NCBI RefSeq assembly: GCF_001194135.2
Contig: NC_068993.1
Coordinates: forward strand, 38,936,337-39,000,336
Source: Octopus bimaculoides
Lineage: Eukaryota
DNA length: 64,000 nt
Reading direction: 5' to 3'
Made by a program: the position numbers and the translations under genes
The notes under the pieces: model-generated
What the model was told of the DNA's origin: nothing
The model's database searches: none
What the model saw: only the letters and a program-made list of their open reading frames with translations
Part shown: piece by piece, positions 1 to 15,139 of the stretch
How positions within the stretch are numbered: position 1 is the first letter of the stretch
Layout of the letters: each line of letters starts with the position of its first letter

Positions 1-17
1 ATTTAAATTTATGACAC

Positions 18-21
<4 letters not shown>

Positions 22-112
<91 letters not shown>
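22..112. repeat. (GA)n microsatellite
   Basis: Uninterrupted GA dinucleotide run. Confidence 0.97.
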
Positions 113-115
<3 letters not shown>

Positions 116-777
116 TTTCACACACAGAGAAATGGTGGGTAATGGAGGAGGAGTGGGCAAAATTCAACAGCTACATGATAACCTAAGGAGTAACCCAAAG
201 AAGCTTCACGAGCCGACGAGGCAACCTCAGTGAAATCTTTTGACCAGCTAGAAATAGCAGCCAATTCTCTCTTAATTATATCCTTTTGTCTTAAAGAATG
301 AAAAACGAAAGGCAATTTAGGTGATGATGCACTACTAGATACACAATGCCTGAAAAATAAAATAAAATTGCCATTATTGGAATACTTTTGATCATAATTG
401 GCCTAGGGCTAAACGTCAAGAATGGCAAACATCGAAAAACCAATTTAATCTTTAAAGGCAGAAGACACTCAAGGTTTTGTCTTCTGCCTTTAAAGATCTT
501 AACAGCAACTGGTGGAGGAAAAGATTTATTTATATCTGCTGTTCACAAAACCGTATTTATTTTCTCATTTACAATATAAGTGGCCTTATCGACTTTATTG
601 TATCTATTAATGGTAAAGAGAGAAATCCAGTGGTAAAAATCTAATGACGAAAGTAAGTTCATCACCGTCTTTAACTGTGTAGCATAATATACCAAAATGG
701 ATACTAAATAAGATTAACGGTCTTTTGCATTTGTCTTATAAGACTCCTGTTGTGAAATTGTGTGTTGAAATAAATAT

Positions 778-990
778 TGGTTTCAAATTTTGGCACAAGG
801 CCAGCAAGTCTGGGGCTGAGATAAGTCGATTACACGGACCCCAGTACTCAACCGATATTTATTTTATCGACCCCGAAAGGATGAAAGGCAAAGTCGACCT
901 CGGCGGAATTTGAACTCAGAATGCAAAGACAGACGAAATGCTGCTTAGCATTTTACCCAGCATGCTAGCGACTCTGCCAGCTCACCGCTT
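778..990 (-). mobile_element. tRNA-derived SINE, family A (Meta-domain-like)
   Basis: Reverse complement of the unit GAGCTGGCAGAATCGTTAGC...GAGTTCAAATTCCGCC (B-box-like)...GTCGACTTTGCCTTTCATCCTTTCGGGGTCGATAAAATAAGTACCAG...GGCCTTGTGCC, which recurs more than 25 times in the window. The central CCTTTCATCCTTTCGGGGTCGATAAAAT motif resembles the MetaSINE domain as I recall it (not verified). Confidence 0.85.
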
Positions 991-1294
991 TTGTGTTGCA
1001 ATAAATATTGTTGTATATTAGGCAGGTCATACTGGTAATACAGACACATGCACTGATTGTACTTAATTTCAGTTTTATTATCAATTAATCAGATAATTAG
1101 TTAATTAACTGTGAACCTGATTAATTGATTAAATTGTTTACCAAAATTCTTTCACCTTATCAGTAACAATGTCTCCATCTTTCGTCTTTTTCACACCATC
1201 ATACACTTCTTGTACTTTGCAGTGTTTCTTGTTATCCTTTATCAGAATTTCGTTGTTATACATCCTATTTCTTTGTAGAAGTAAAGATACTCTA

Positions 1295-1715
1295 CTCTGC
1301 TCTAGGTACAAGGCCCGAAATTTTGGTGGGAGGGGCCAGTCAATTAGATCGACACCAGTACGCAACTTGTGCTTAATTTATCGACCCTGAGAGGATGAAA
1401 GGCAAAGTCGACTTCGGCGGAATTTGAACTTAGAACGTAAAGACAGACGCTAAGCATTTCGCCCGGCGTACTAACGTTTCTTATTTCTTTATTGCCCACA
1501 AGGGGCTAAACATAGAGGGGACAAACAAAGACAGACAAAAGGATTAAGTCGATTATATCGAACCCAGTGCGTAACTGGTACTTATTTAATCGACCCCGAA
1601 AGGATGAAAGGCAGAGTCGACCTCGGCGGAATTTGAACTGAAAACGTAAAGACAGTCGAAATACCGCTAAACATCTCGCTCGGCGTGCTAACGTTTCTGC
1701 CAGCTCACCGCCTTA
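1295..1715 (-). mobile_element. Two tandem family-A SINE copies; the second has a variant 3' tail
   Basis: Two ATCGACCCCGAAAGGATGAAAGGC...GGAATTTGAAC cores. The second carries a different tail (TTATTTCTTTATTGCCCACAAGGGGCTAAACATAGAGGGGACAAAC on +). Confidence 0.85.
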
Positions 1716-3112
1716 GAAGTAAACATATTATTTATAAAAAAGACAGACTACTCAAAGCTCGTAATTCTTGCCCTCCTCATTACAAATATATAAACGTAAA
1801 TAAGAAGAGTTTAAATAAATTTAAAGATGTTTGCGACATTTAAGCTGCCCCAAATTCCGTAAAATCGAATTACGTACATAAATCTCGTCATTTTTCAATA
1901 TCGTTTTTAAGTCAGGTAAAATGTTTAAGGGCTCAAACTTAATATGGTAATGGTTGGAATATGTTGGTTATCAGACAGATTCGTTCGATTTTTTTCTCTC
2001 ATTTATTTTCATCCTCATATTTCCCTCAAGAATTTTAAGAAACCAATCAATAATACTTGGTTTGTAGATATTATTTCCTATTTGTTGTTATCTAGAAGTC
2101 AAAGAAAATGACTATTATTCCCTTCAAACTTTGCTTTTGTGAACTGAACAACAATGTTTTAAAACTGACCAAATTTCCCATTACATTTCGGACAGATTCA
2201 GCACTGAGTTGCTGAAGCAGAAATATCGTTATGACAAATATTCTGCTCGGTACCACAGATTTACTTGTAGTTGCTTAATCTTAGCCTCTTCAGCAAGTTC
2301 CTTAGTGGCTGACAATATAGGCATATCTGATAGTGAGCAGGAGTAGTAGAGGAGCATCATAGCCATGTATTGAGAGGGATTCTTTGGAGTTTAAATAAAT
2401 GTAACGACAGCAAGGTTTGAATGAAGTATAAGCCATAATGTTTGTCACCAATTCCACCAGTTTGTTACTACTTTTTGTCAATATTCCACCATCTTATCAA
2501 TGCCTTGACAGTAGTAGTCACCGGGTCTTCTTGAGTACAATGACATTGGTAAGAAACGAGCGAATTTATCTGAGAACCCAATATTTGTTTATAGGTTCGA
2601 GGGGTCAGGACTGGACTGGAGCAAAACAACAAGAAAAGCATTGGTTACCACCGCACTTTTGGCAGTGCCGTTTTAAAAACTGGGTACACTTGGCAGGAGC
2701 TTCGTGGAGCTAGGGTCTCAGTTATGGCTTATGCAAGCTGTGACTTGCTGTCAATAAACACTGTGGGGCCAGCGCATTGATTTGCTCAGAGGCCTACAGT
2801 ACTGTTTAGACCATCCTGCATTTTGGCAGGGGTCACAGACAAACTTTTGTGGATTTCTTCTATGAAATTCTGCCCGTTTTCATTTTTATTTTTGTTGTTG
2901 TAGTTTAACCCAGGGCTCTGAATGAGACGGCTTGTTGTCAAAAGTAATCTTTCCAGGACTCTCCAGTCTCGCTTCTGTGTCATGTCTAGGACAACACCAT
3001 CTAATGTGTGTATTCTTATTTAGAATGCAGGGATGTGATATGAGGGAGATTCGTTTGCTATTTCTATGAGATTCAGCAACCACTTAGAGGCTCCATTGTG
3101 AGATCATGAAAA

Positions 3113-3113
<1 letters not shown>

Positions 3114-3167
<54 letters not shown>

Positions 3168-3279
3168 TGAGACAGAGTAAGAGAAAGAGAGATGATAAAA
3201 CAATTGATGTTTGGCTCAGAACAAGAAGTGTATAAATAGTGAAGCAAATGGTGGGGAGGGGAGAAAAAGAGAGAGAGAG

Positions 3280-3341
<62 letters not shown>

Positions 3342-3655
3342 CAAGAAAGAGAGAGAAAGAAAGAGAGAGAAGGAAGGGTGTATGTAGGAAGAACGAAAGA
3401 GAGACAGAGAGAAAAAGGAAATTTATGTAGAGGGGAGTGTGTGTGATAGAGAGAGAGAGGGAATGTATACGAGACAGCGTGTATGCATATGAGACAGAGA
3501 AGCGTAGTGTTTGGAAGAGAGAGAGAGAGAGAGGAGTGTGTATAAGACAGTGAGATAGAGAGAGAGAGTGAGATAGGGAGAGAGTGAGATAGAGAGATCG
3601 AGAGAGAGAGAGAGAGAGAGAGTGGGATAGAGAGAGAGAGAGAGTGAATGAGAGA
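3114..3655. repeat. Compound (GA)n/(GT)n low-complexity tract
   Basis: Long GA and GT runs. These generate the spurious SLSL ORFs at 3073-3693. Confidence 0.9.
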
Positions 3656-4159
3656 CTGTGCAAGTGGAATTTTCTATTATTTCCAACGGACAATATGGTT
3701 TGTTTCCTAATATCTCATGTCAAGCAAATAAATACTTGAAGTCGTTTATAGCTTTTATAACAGCCTCATCAGATATGTTCTGATATCGTTGTAGACGAAG
3801 AAGTTACAATGTTCGGTAGCAGCAGATTTAGAACGATGAAGTCTATACAGAACGGGGAATCAAATGGCTTTATAATGCATAACACTTTTACAGTCCAACA
3901 CATTTATGGATTTTAAATCGTGTATACACACACATTACGGGTGTTCTAGTAATAAGATTTGTATATTTACCCAGAACTTTCAGTAGAACCTGTTAAATAT
4001 CGGCGATTAAAGCGAAATATCTGGTGAAGTATTCGCCCTGCGAATAGTGAGGTCGTTATAATTATGGAACGCCGTTGCTAAACCTGTAACATAACTCAAT
4101 GGCCAGTTGAGTTGGTGTTGCGTTCTATCTCTGACAGATCAGGTCTATCGAACACGTGA

Positions 4160-4595
4160 ATGATCCTTTCTACTATAGGCGCAAGACATGAATTTTTCTG
4201 CGGTGAGGACTAGTTGATTGCATCGATCCCGGTGCTCGACTGGTACCAATTTTAATGACCCCACGAAAGGATGAAAAGCAAAGCTAGCTTCGGTGGTATT
4301 TGAACTCAGAGCGTAAAGAAGAACGAAATGCCGCTAAGCATTTCGCTCGGCGTGGTAACAATTCTGTCAGTTCTCTGCCTTAATCCTTTTTACTATTGGC
4401 ACAAGGCCTGAAATTTTGAAAGAGGGCACCAGTCGATTACATCGACCCCAGTGCTCAACTGGTACCTGTTTTAACGACCCTGAAGGGTTAAAAAGCAAAG
4501 TCGATCTCGGCAGGATTTGAACTCAGCATGAAAAGAACAAATTACTTAGCAGTATATTGTACAGCGTGCTAAATATTCTGCCAACATGCTGCCTT
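4160..4595 (-). mobile_element. Two tandem family-A SINE copies
   Basis: Two degenerate GAAAGGATGAAAAGCAAAG...GATTTGAACTCAG cores in head-to-tail arrangement. Confidence 0.8.
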
Positions 4596-6935
4596 TGGAA
4601 TACACGAATAATCAAAGCTATGTCTGCTGTGATCATGCCGTTTTTTAGACGCTGTCCTTTCCATTTTTAAGAATGTAGAACCTGATTTGAGTGAGATGTC
4701 ATGATTATTTTTCTAACAATTCGGGTGACCTCATAGAAATACCCTCATTGATTTGTCATGTATCTGCAGTTTTATTGTATGAGTGAGTCGTTCCATGCCA
4801 TACACTCTTTGAGTAGAACTGAACTTGTTACTACAAGTTCGCAAATCTGCCATTATTTCCACACTGCAACCATTGATGCTAACTATAGAGACAAGGCAAG
4901 CAAACGAGTGTATTTCTCCAAGTTCACACGCCATGCCCGAAAAAAAAAAGTAGCAGCCAACAGGCTTTCAAAATAGACCTGGCCATCTTAGCCAAAAATA
5001 AAAACGCTACCCTTAACAAGTAAGGATGATCATGGCTTTACGACAACGTGACCTCACTGCAATTTCAGGCCGAATATCTCACCAAATATCCCACTTTAAT
5101 TGTTGATATTTAAAGTTTACAGTAAATATACATAACTTGTTATTAAAGTACTCATAATGTGAGTGCACACAATTTAAAAGCCATAAATAGACTGAACTAT
5201 AAAGCTGTTATGCATTATAAAGCCATATGATTTGCCTTTCTATCAGGAAACTATATCGTCCACGTTAACTAGTTTTAGAACCTGGGGAAGAACCCAAATC
5301 ACTTTAGCTCTTAGCCAAACACCACGCAGTGCCGGAAGCAGGAAATGATCGCCCCATCAACTTGTTGCTGTTGTTGTTTAGCTACAAATCAGCAATAATC
5401 GAACAGGCCTACGATCAAAGACGGTTGAGTGAATTTAGAGCTACAGTGTCTAATGTAGCCTTTCTTTTTTAGGTGGTAGGTCATATACTGAGACAGATTT
5501 ATCTACAGTTTCTAGGAGATCGAGCGATCACGTGAAAGAGAACTCATTCTGTGGTCTGTCGAGTGTGAGTTCGAGTCGAAATGGTTGTGGGTGATGTCCC
5601 ATGATATTTTTAGTACAGCCTTCGAATCCAGTTAAGGTGAGTAAGGGAGTAGCACAACTTGATCATTTTATCTTCAGTAATTCCACGCTAATGTCGCCCA
5701 AAGGCCAAACGATGATGTAAAACCAGATAACAGAATTTAGTCAACCAAACAGAAAGAGTTTCAGTCTGTCCAACGAGTCTCCACACAATTTCTGTCAACC
5801 CAGTTTCTCTAAGAAAATTCCTTCTCTCTCTGATATCACATTCCATTCCATTCTTCATTTGCATCTTGCAACCGGAGGGGATAACATTTCTCAGTTTTCT
5901 CTGATCTCAGACGGTAGGTTCTTTATATTCCTCACAGCAAATTAACTTACTGAACTGTTCTTGGAAAATAGTGTAAAATGAACAAAATAAAATGCGATGC
6001 GTTTGAAGGTGAGCCATACTGAGATAGAACCTGAAGCCACGCAATAACACAACGAACGTCGTAACCACACAGCCGTAACCTAAACGTAATCTTTCATTCT
6101 TTTACAATGATATTTCTGATGATATTATATTTGCTGGGATTGTTTCTTTTGTGTAACAATTTGGACAGATCAAAGCTAAAATGTAGACATTACTGCAGTT
6201 CGTTCACTGTTAAGAAGTAATACAAATAAGGAAAAAAAACAACAAAAAAAGAATACAAATGTGTAAAGCGACACTCAAAAATATAAACAAGTAAAAAATA
6301 GGAAGTACTAACTATGGCTTAATACGTACATATTTCACACACACACATCCATATATATATATATATACATATGTTGTATATTTATAAAAAAATGTTATTA
6401 TACATATTCATGTCTTTGAAACACACAAACGCACACCGAAACGTTCATGTGTATAATTTATTATTATTTTTTCTTTTTATACATATATTTTCCAATTTGG
6501 TGCTAAAGCTTGTCGGTCCGGTTTTTCACTTTTTACGCCTTCTTTTTAACGGGTCACTGGTTAAAATATCTTCCGGCAAATTTGACGCTTTTCGTTTGGC
6601 GTATAGAATCTTATAATGCGAAGTTATTTCGTTGAATATGGTGCTAATATTCATTCTACGAAACGGATGTTACAATAACTGTCACCTGGCGAAAGAAAAG
6701 ACGCAAAAAGCAAGAAAATAAAAAGAAAAGAAAAGAAAAGAAACAAGCCTACTTCTTTCTTCTCTCTCTTTCTTATCTGTTTTCTTCTTTTTTTCTTAAT
6801 ATTTTTTATATATAATATTTTTGTAGGCGGTATCATATCTAATTTGCAGCAAAACACCATCGCCCGTTTGTGAACATCAAAAATAGATAAAAATAAACTA
6901 TATAAAATAAAGTAAATAACAATAATAATAATAAC

Positions 6936-6990
<55 letters not shown>

Positions 6991-7059
6991 CAAATTTCTA
7001 GTATGTTGTTGATCGAACAGAATTAAGATCAAAGGCATCCACGCAATGACCATCATGTC

Positions 7060-7093
<34 letters not shown>

Positions 7094-7394
7094 GTTATTA
7101 ATGTTATTATTACTATTATTATTATTATTATTTTCAAGAACACTATACACCGGACTGACATTATCTAATGTGTGCTTTTATTTACTTCTTTATTATTTTT
7201 CTTTTCTTTTGAAAGACGTTTGTGCGTGGTTTGGAGAACATTCGATTGCTATTTCTAGCAGATCTAGCGACCATTTCATAGAGCCTCACTCGTTTGCAGC
7301 CACCGTGATTCCAGACTTGGCCCCGATTTCCTGGAACCTCTGTAGGTCTTTCAGTATTTATATTCACGTCAAGCATTGATATTTAGTAAAACTA

Positions 7395-7545
7395 GGCGCA
7401 GGCATGGCTGTGTGATAAGAAACTCGGCTTTTCGCCCACATGGTTCCAAGTTCAATCCCAGTACGTGGTACATTGCACAAAGCCTCGAGCTGACCAAAGC
7501 TTTGTGAGTGGATTCGGTAGACGGAAACTTAAAGAAAACCGTCGC
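7395..7545 (+). mobile_element. tRNA/CORE-type SINE, family B (5' part)
   Basis: GGCGCAGGCATGGCTGTGTG...GTTCAATCCC...CCAAAGCTTTGTGAGTGGATTCGGTAGACGGAAAC followed by (TA)n. Same unit as 44270, 45655 and 63805. Confidence 0.75.
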
Positions 7546-7558
7546 ATTATATATATAT

Positions 7559-7603
<45 letters not shown>

Positions 7604-8389
7604 AAACGTCAAAGACTTTCTCTATTCCCGAGCGTTAAACTAATACACCCATTTGTTGTTTACACCACCTGTCTTCGTCTGTTGTTTTTTCGTAAAATCT
7701 CCCANNNNNNNNNNNNNNNNNNNNNNNNNNNNNNNNNNNNNNNNNNNNNNNNNNNNNNNNNNNNNNNNNNNNNNNNNNNNNNNNNNNNNNNNNNNNNNNN
7801 NNNNNNNNNNNNNNNNNNNNNNNNNNNNNNNNNNNNNNNNNNNNNNNNNNNNNNNNNNNNNNNNNNNNNNNNNNNNNNNNNNNNNNNNNNNNNNNNNNNN
7901 NNNNNNNNNNNNNNNNNNNNNNNNNNNNNNNNNNNNNNNNNNNNNNNNNNNNNNNNNNNNNNNNNNNNNNNNNNNNNNNNNNNNNNNNNNNNNNNNNNNN
8001 NNNNNNNNNNNNNNNNNNNNNNNNNNNNNNNNNNNNNNNNNNNNNNNNNNNNNNNNNNNNNNNNNNNNNNNNNNNNNNNNNNNNNNNNNNNNNNNNNNNN
8101 NNNNNNNNNNNNNNNNNNNNNNNNNNNNNNNNNNNNNNNNNNNNNNNNNNNNNNNNNNNNNNNNNNNNNNNNNNNNNNNNNNNNNNNNNNNNNNNNNNNN
8201 NNNNNNNNNNNNNNNNNNNNNNNNNNNNNNNNNNNNNNNNNNNNNAATCGTGGCTAAGCGGTCTTTTGTTTTTAGCTGTAAAGGACACGATTTCTTATGT
8301 CCTTTCTTTACTAAAGACAATAAGTTGCTAATGACGAAAGTTTAGCTGTCATTTCAAGCAGACCTTGCAGCAACAAAAGGCGAGTATTT

Positions 8390-8570
8390 TATTCGGCGCG
8401 CAAACGATTCTTGAAATTTCTGGGGAGGTGGGCTATTCGATTAGATCGACCCCAGTACGTAATTGGTACTTAATTTATCGACCCCGAAAGGATGAAAAGC
8501 AATTTCGGTGGAATATGAACTCAGAACGTAAAGACAGACGAAATACCATTAAACATTTCGCCGCCTTAAA
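8390..8570 (-). mobile_element. Family-A SINE
   Basis: ATCGACCCCGAAAGGATGAAAAGC...GAACTCAGAACGTAAAGACAGACGAAATACC core. Confidence 0.8.
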
Positions 8571-8969
8571 TTTGGTTATCATTACAAGCTTGTTGAGTAG
8601 CCATATACAGGTTCTCCCATTTCTGCTAGGAGTCGTGACGAGAATTCTTGACTTATGATTCCTAGAAGAACATTAAATGACTTTATCAAATTAATGTAAC
8701 GCTAACGAATCCAAAGATTCTAGTTTTAGATTCGTTTGAAAATCATATCCAGAAATCTATTATAGAGACGTCAACTGAGCAAATGCTACATAAATGGAAA
8801 TGCTCTGCGTTTGATGGATGGTGTGAGCTGGGAAAAACAAAGTCCTTGTTTCTGTATTGAAGAAATTGGATTCATTAAACTAGGAGTCAGTTGCAACTGT
8901 CGATACTCCCCCCCCTCTCTCTCACTCTCTCACGTTTCTCGGAGAAAAAGTTCATTCGTTTATTGAAAA

Positions 8970-9185
8970 TGATTTCAAATTTTGGCACAAAGCCAGCAAT
9001 GTTGAGGTGAAGGTGTGAGCCGATTACACCGACTCCAGTACCCAACTGGTATCTATTTTATCGACCCCGAAAGGATGAAAGACAAAGTCGACTTCGGCGG
9101 TATTTGAACACAGATCGTAAAGAACCGGAAGACATGCTGCTAAGCATTTCATCTGATTCGGTTAAGACTCTGCCAGTTCACCTCC
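8970..9185 (-). mobile_element. Family-A SINE
   Basis: Full unit from TTTCAAATTTTGGCACAAAGCCAGC to CTGCCAGTTCACC. Confidence 0.85.
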
Positions 9186-10227
9186 TAAATATAGCAGTCA
9201 AGGATTAACATTTTAGATGATGTAGCTGAGGGGCCACGTGATCATCATTTCTTATTTAAGGAATAATGAATCTAGACTATCCAATGCCTACTTTAAGACA
9301 ATAGGGAATGAATTTAGACAGACTTAGTTATTATATCTAGAAAGTCGAGCTACCACGTAAAAGCTCTCTCATTGACACGCTATTGTGTTTGTATGGCGGC
9401 ACAATTTCAGTTAATATTGTTATTATTGTTGTTGAGGTTGATGTTTAGGCTCGTGTTAGTTCTTAATTATCAGACATATTCATCAGACTATTTCCTTTTT
9501 CCTTCTTTTCCAGACCTAGAGTACATAGGACTTCCTTATGAATTGTAGCAGGCACTTGAGGGGATTTTCTGTTACTTTCAGCAGGCCGAGAAACCATATA
9601 AAGTACGATCGTTGATTCGCTGAAGTTACCTCCTGGCTTCTGATGAGCTTTGTACCATTTCGATCAAGTTCCCAGTTTAGAACCACGGCTATAAATAGCA
9701 CGACCAGCCACCAGAAATTAATTGTCATCATAAAAAGCATTAATGCTTACCTGAGCATGGTTCCACTGATTTGTAACAAAAACAATGAGAGACCTGAAAG
9801 TAAGTTTTGTGAAAGTTCTTGCCAAATAGTTCAGCCGAAAGTTCTAGAAGCTTAACTAAATATTATAAAAACTGGGACATCGAACTCTTAAACAGAACAA
9901 ACTCAGGTGCTACGCAGAATGAGCAAACAATTTTGTAATAAGGTGTTCTCATACTTTTAACTTATTCTGTCTTGAATAACCATGAACAATTTTCATATAA
10001 ATAACTAAAATATCTATACAATGAAAACTTTTAACGTTCACATTCACAATCTCGTGTATCAAGTTATATTCAAACAATTGTTGTACATATGCAAACGGAA
10101 ATGTTCCGAGTAATAAAACATATAGAAACTTATACTAATATTAACATAGTCATTCTCAACTTCACATGCAACCTACCTAATATTGTGTACAGCCGACACC
10201 GATTTAGTAACCAATCCACTTTTTAAG

Positions 10228-10312
10228 ACAGCCAAGTGTGACGTGAAGGAGATTTGGCTGTTACTTTTAGCAGGGTAAGTAGCCATATAAAGGTACCATC
10301 GTTGACTGTCTG
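10228..10312 (+). repeat. Short dispersed repeat, family C
   Basis: GTGACGTGAAGGAGATTTGGCTGTTACTTTTAGCAGG..., with similar degenerate copies at about 3025-3100, 7215-7290 and 9555-9615. Confidence 0.5.
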
Positions 10313-10466
10313 AAGTCGATGTTATTTTTCTTTTTCTTCGATATGGTTCAGACCCCACCTTTTAAAGCTAAGACAAATTGAAGAGGTAGGAGGTTCTGCC
10401 TGATACACACTGCATAGATACGTTATCGGAGTGCTCCAGACTACATGTAAGTATTTACCCCAACCA

Positions 10467-10553
<87 letters not shown>

Positions 10554-10833
10554 GTCACAAAATTCGGCTTCGGCATTGAATATGTTGAGATGGTCTTTAT
10601 CTGGGAAGTTTTTGGCAATCTCATTCCTATCTTCTGTTTTTGCCTGAAACTTCTCGTTGTCGAATATGATCCTCGCTAACACTTCCTCCTTCGCATGCAT
10701 GCTTGCCCTAAATTCTGGTCTTCAGCTATCTTTTTTCTCCAGTTGTTAGGAAGGATGTTGCTGTTTGTTACTGATGTTAGCCAATAGAAGAGTTAATGGC
10801 GAAGCCTACAGACAACACTTCTACGTATTCCAA

Positions 10834-10908
<75 letters not shown>

Positions 10909-11719
10909 ACAAGGAAATATACATCAATACATCAATACATTGCGTGTATGTGTATATATGTGAGTATATATTTGTGCAAACGGGAATTGATGGCAATACT
11001 GGAAAAAGATGCATGTCTATAAGGATGTATTTGAATCAGAGTGGACAATGTACATTTTAGCATTTCCAGGAATTCATTTATTCCAACACGCACGCACAAA
11101 CACGCGCGCATACACACACATACATACATACACGTACACACACGTACACGCACATATATATGTACGCATAACCGCTCACACATACACAAACACACACGTA
11201 CGCGCAACCTCACACACATATATCCAAGGTGAGTGCGTGTGTGTGTGTGTTGTGTGGTGGGGGTATACATTTGAACTGAGAGTAAATCGAAGCAAAGTTG
11301 GGATTTTTCCCTCTTTTGTTTTCTGTCTCCAATAGCGCTGAAATCTTCCAAATATGCTGCTAAAGAATAGAATTGCACGAAGAACGAACAATGGCGAAAA
11401 TAATAGAGAATACTGTATTGTGCTACTATCAGTAGCCTAACTCGGTTCATTGTCATCTGATTCTCAGAAGTCAAATGACAAACATAATATCGCACCGTTC
11501 TCTCGTTGTTGTGCTGAATGGCTGCGGTGATTCTATAGCTCAGCACCGCACCAGGCTGCAGAAATATAGAATTGTGACAGAGTTAAGTGTATGCAAACAG
11601 AAGACGGCTTAATGAAAAGAACAAAGATATTCAATTGCTTTTTACAGAAGGCACCAGGGTATTTGGAAAAATCAAGGACAATCATGTTACCAAACTAGAA
11701 TGGTTTTTCAGAATATCAT

Positions 11720-11724
<5 letters not shown>

Positions 11725-11791
<67 letters not shown>

Positions 11792-11961
11792 GAGAGAGAG
11801 AAAGAGAGAGAGAGAGAAGATAAAAGAAAGGAAGAAAGAGAGAGAGGTGAGAAGAAAATTGGGTTTGAGGGTGAAAGAGACAGTAACAAAGAGATGTTGA
11901 GAGCAAGAAAAATAAAATTAAAAAATGATCTAGAAATGCCTTTTTTTTCTTTGATATACAC

Positions 11962-12020
<59 letters not shown>

Positions 12021-12423
12021 TAGAATATTTTTTTACGTTTTTAGGAAACAAAGATAAAGGGAGAAAAAGAAAATATCCCCAGAAAACTAAAACCAACCAG
12101 TGGAAAAGAAAAAAAAACACAGTAAGGAAAATATAAAAATTAAAAAGAAAATGAGGGAAGCAGGAAAATGAAAAATTCCCATGTATTTGACAAAAAAATA
12201 AATATAGAGAATTAAAAAAAAAAACAATGACAAAGAAATAATAAAAAAACACAGTAGCTGTCATCGGGTCAGATTGATGGAAACGAAATGAGTCATGTTA
12301 GAATGGTAATAGTGCTGTTACCGATGATCAATAATGGCGGCTATTGGAATTGAGGAGAAGCATTAATAAGCCAAACAATAAAACTACAACGACAGCAACA
12401 ACAACATTAACAATGGTGGTGAG

Positions 12424-12456
<33 letters not shown>

Positions 12457-12552
12457 ATTAACAATAGCAAATAGAACAGTAATATAATGAAATAATAAAA
12501 TAAAGAGAAGCGGAATACAAGAAAACGAAAATGAGCGGTAAAAGCATATATA

Positions 12553-12583
<31 letters not shown>

Positions 12584-12628
12584 ATACACATGTATATATG
12601 CATACATATACGCGCACATATTTGTTTG

Positions 12629-12688
<60 letters not shown>

Positions 12689-13932
12689 GAGCAACATGCA
12701 TACATGTACATCCATTTGTGTAGATAGACATATAGACATAAATAAATATATAAGCAGTCACACAAACATGCATATATATACGAACACATACATACGTATA
12801 CATAATATATAAACACATGTTCGTACACAGACACACACATATACACACATACATATGATCAAATATACATACACATGCGCACACATATTTGGATATATGC
12901 ATATATATGTATAGACACACACATACTAGCAGACACGCAAACATACATGATGCAAATAAATAGAATAAAATACATTGTTTTCTAACAACAACGATGACAA
13001 CGGCACCGCAAACGTCGACGCTGCCGCCGCTGCCGCCGCTGCCGCCGCCGCCGCCGCCGTCACCGCTACCACCGCCGTCGCCGCTGCCATAGTCTTTTCC
13101 TTTGCCTACTCCCTTTCTCACCACCACCATAACCATCACCTTGTTGTTGTTGTTGTTCTTCTTCTTCTTACCTCCCACTATCCATCCATCCATCCATCTC
13201 ACCGGCCAACCAACTAACCATCCAACCAACTAACAAACAAACAAACAAGAAAACCAACCAACTAACCAGTCGGCCAACCTACCATCTAACTCAACACTCC
13301 CCACCACAACCACCCCCACCCCCACCATACCAGCGAAAACCAGCGACTCCTTTATTTCGATGCCGCTGCTCTGTTGAAACGACCGACTGTTGCGAAGGCT
13401 GGTCAGTGCCATTGTCTACCTGGTAATAGAACAAGTTCTGGAATTTAAGCCAACTTTTGATAAAGCGTCATTCGTGTGCTTCAGCTAATCCATTTATTTC
13501 GGCTTAATTTACTCGTCTTTGTGTTAGTTCCAAAGAAATTCAACATGAACATTTCACTGTTTTCTCCCTTTCTTCTTCATTTTCATCATTTTTGTTGTTT
13601 CTCTACATGTTATATAGTATGTCTGTCTGTATATATATGCATATATGCTGACGTATTTGTGTGTATGTGTAAACGTACGTGTACATACGTCTGTGTATGT
13701 GTGATGCGGTTACTACGTTTGTTTCTATGTTACGTATCTTAAAGGAGTTTACGTGTGGTTTGTCAGTCTGTTTGTCTGTCTATGACTGTCCTTATATGTG
13801 GAAGTCGTTATTATTGTGGCTCGTTCCAAGGGTTGTCTTGTGTTTTTGATTGTTTTTTTCCTAATTTTTATTTCTTTCCTCCAACAGAAGAGTTCTTTAT
13901 GTTTCATCCTCCTCATCATCATCAGCCTCCTC

Positions 13933-13982
<50 letters not shown>

Positions 13983-14003
13983 TCATCGTCGTATCATCAT
14001 CGG

Positions 14004-14073
<70 letters not shown>

Positions 14074-14196
14074 GTCTTTTAAAGAACACAATAGCTATTT
14101 TCTGCATACAACACAATGCTTTCACAGAAAAATTCCTGGTCTTTTTTCGTTACCCACCCACCCACCATCCCACATTTTTGTACATTTTAGGGGAGA

Positions 14197-14257
<61 letters not shown>

Positions 14258-14926
14258 GTTATTATTGCTATTATTATTGTCGTTCTTATTGGCGCTGCTG
14301 TTGGTGTTGTTTCTTTTGGCTCGTGTCCTTCTTATTTCTCTTCCTCCCCTCACTATTCTCTCTCTATTTTTTCCGTTTTGTACGAAATATTTTTTTTTCC
14401 AGAAAGAAAAGACGTTTGAGGAAAAAACAAAACAACAATACATTTTTCATTTATATTTTAATTTTGGTTTTCTTTTTTTTTTCATTGTTGTTATTGATGA
14501 TGCTGTTTCTTTTTTGCTTTTTTGTTTTTTTGTTTTTGTTCTAACCAAAAAAAACCATGATCGTCATCGTTCTCCTCCTCCTCTTCCTACTCATCATCAT
14601 CGCCTTCATGATCATCACCATCCTGCCCCTCCTCATTACCATTATAGTCGTCATCATAATCATTACCGTGGCCATCGTCGTCGTCGTCCTCCTCCTCCTC
14701 CTTCTCCTCTTCATCATCATCATCATTATCACCACCACTACAACCACTACCACTGCCACCATCCACCACCACCATCCTCCTCCTTCTCATCATCATTCTT
14801 CTCCTCTTCCCTCTCATCGTCCTCCCCTTCGTATTCCTGCTCATCATCATTATTATCATCATCATCATCGTCATCATCATCATCATCATCATCATCGTCG
14901 TCATCATCATCACCATCTTCATCATC

Positions 14927-14961
<35 letters not shown>

Positions 14962-15096
14962 TATTGTCATCATATTTTTCATTATTGACATCGTTATTAT
15001 AGTCCTTATTTTGATTGTGATAGTCAGCACCACCATTATCAGCACAATTGTTATCAACATCATCATCATCATCATCATCAATTGCAAAGATTTTGA

Positions 15097-15139
<43 letters not shown>

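Noticed and set aside
8812-8821. TGATGGATGG Pbx-Hox-type site (also at 40362-40371)
   Set aside because: It is a 10-mer related to the (GATG)n repeats common here and is not distinguishable from chance without conservation data.
12975-13217. Poly-Ala/poly-His ORF resembling a transcription factor
   Set aside because: It derives from (GCC)n and (CAC)n repeats, starts at TTG, and has no DNA-binding domain or convincing splice sites.
13395-13412. AATGGCACTG on the minus strand, a miR-263/miR-183-like seed
   Set aside because: The match stops after 10 nt and no precursor hairpin is evident.
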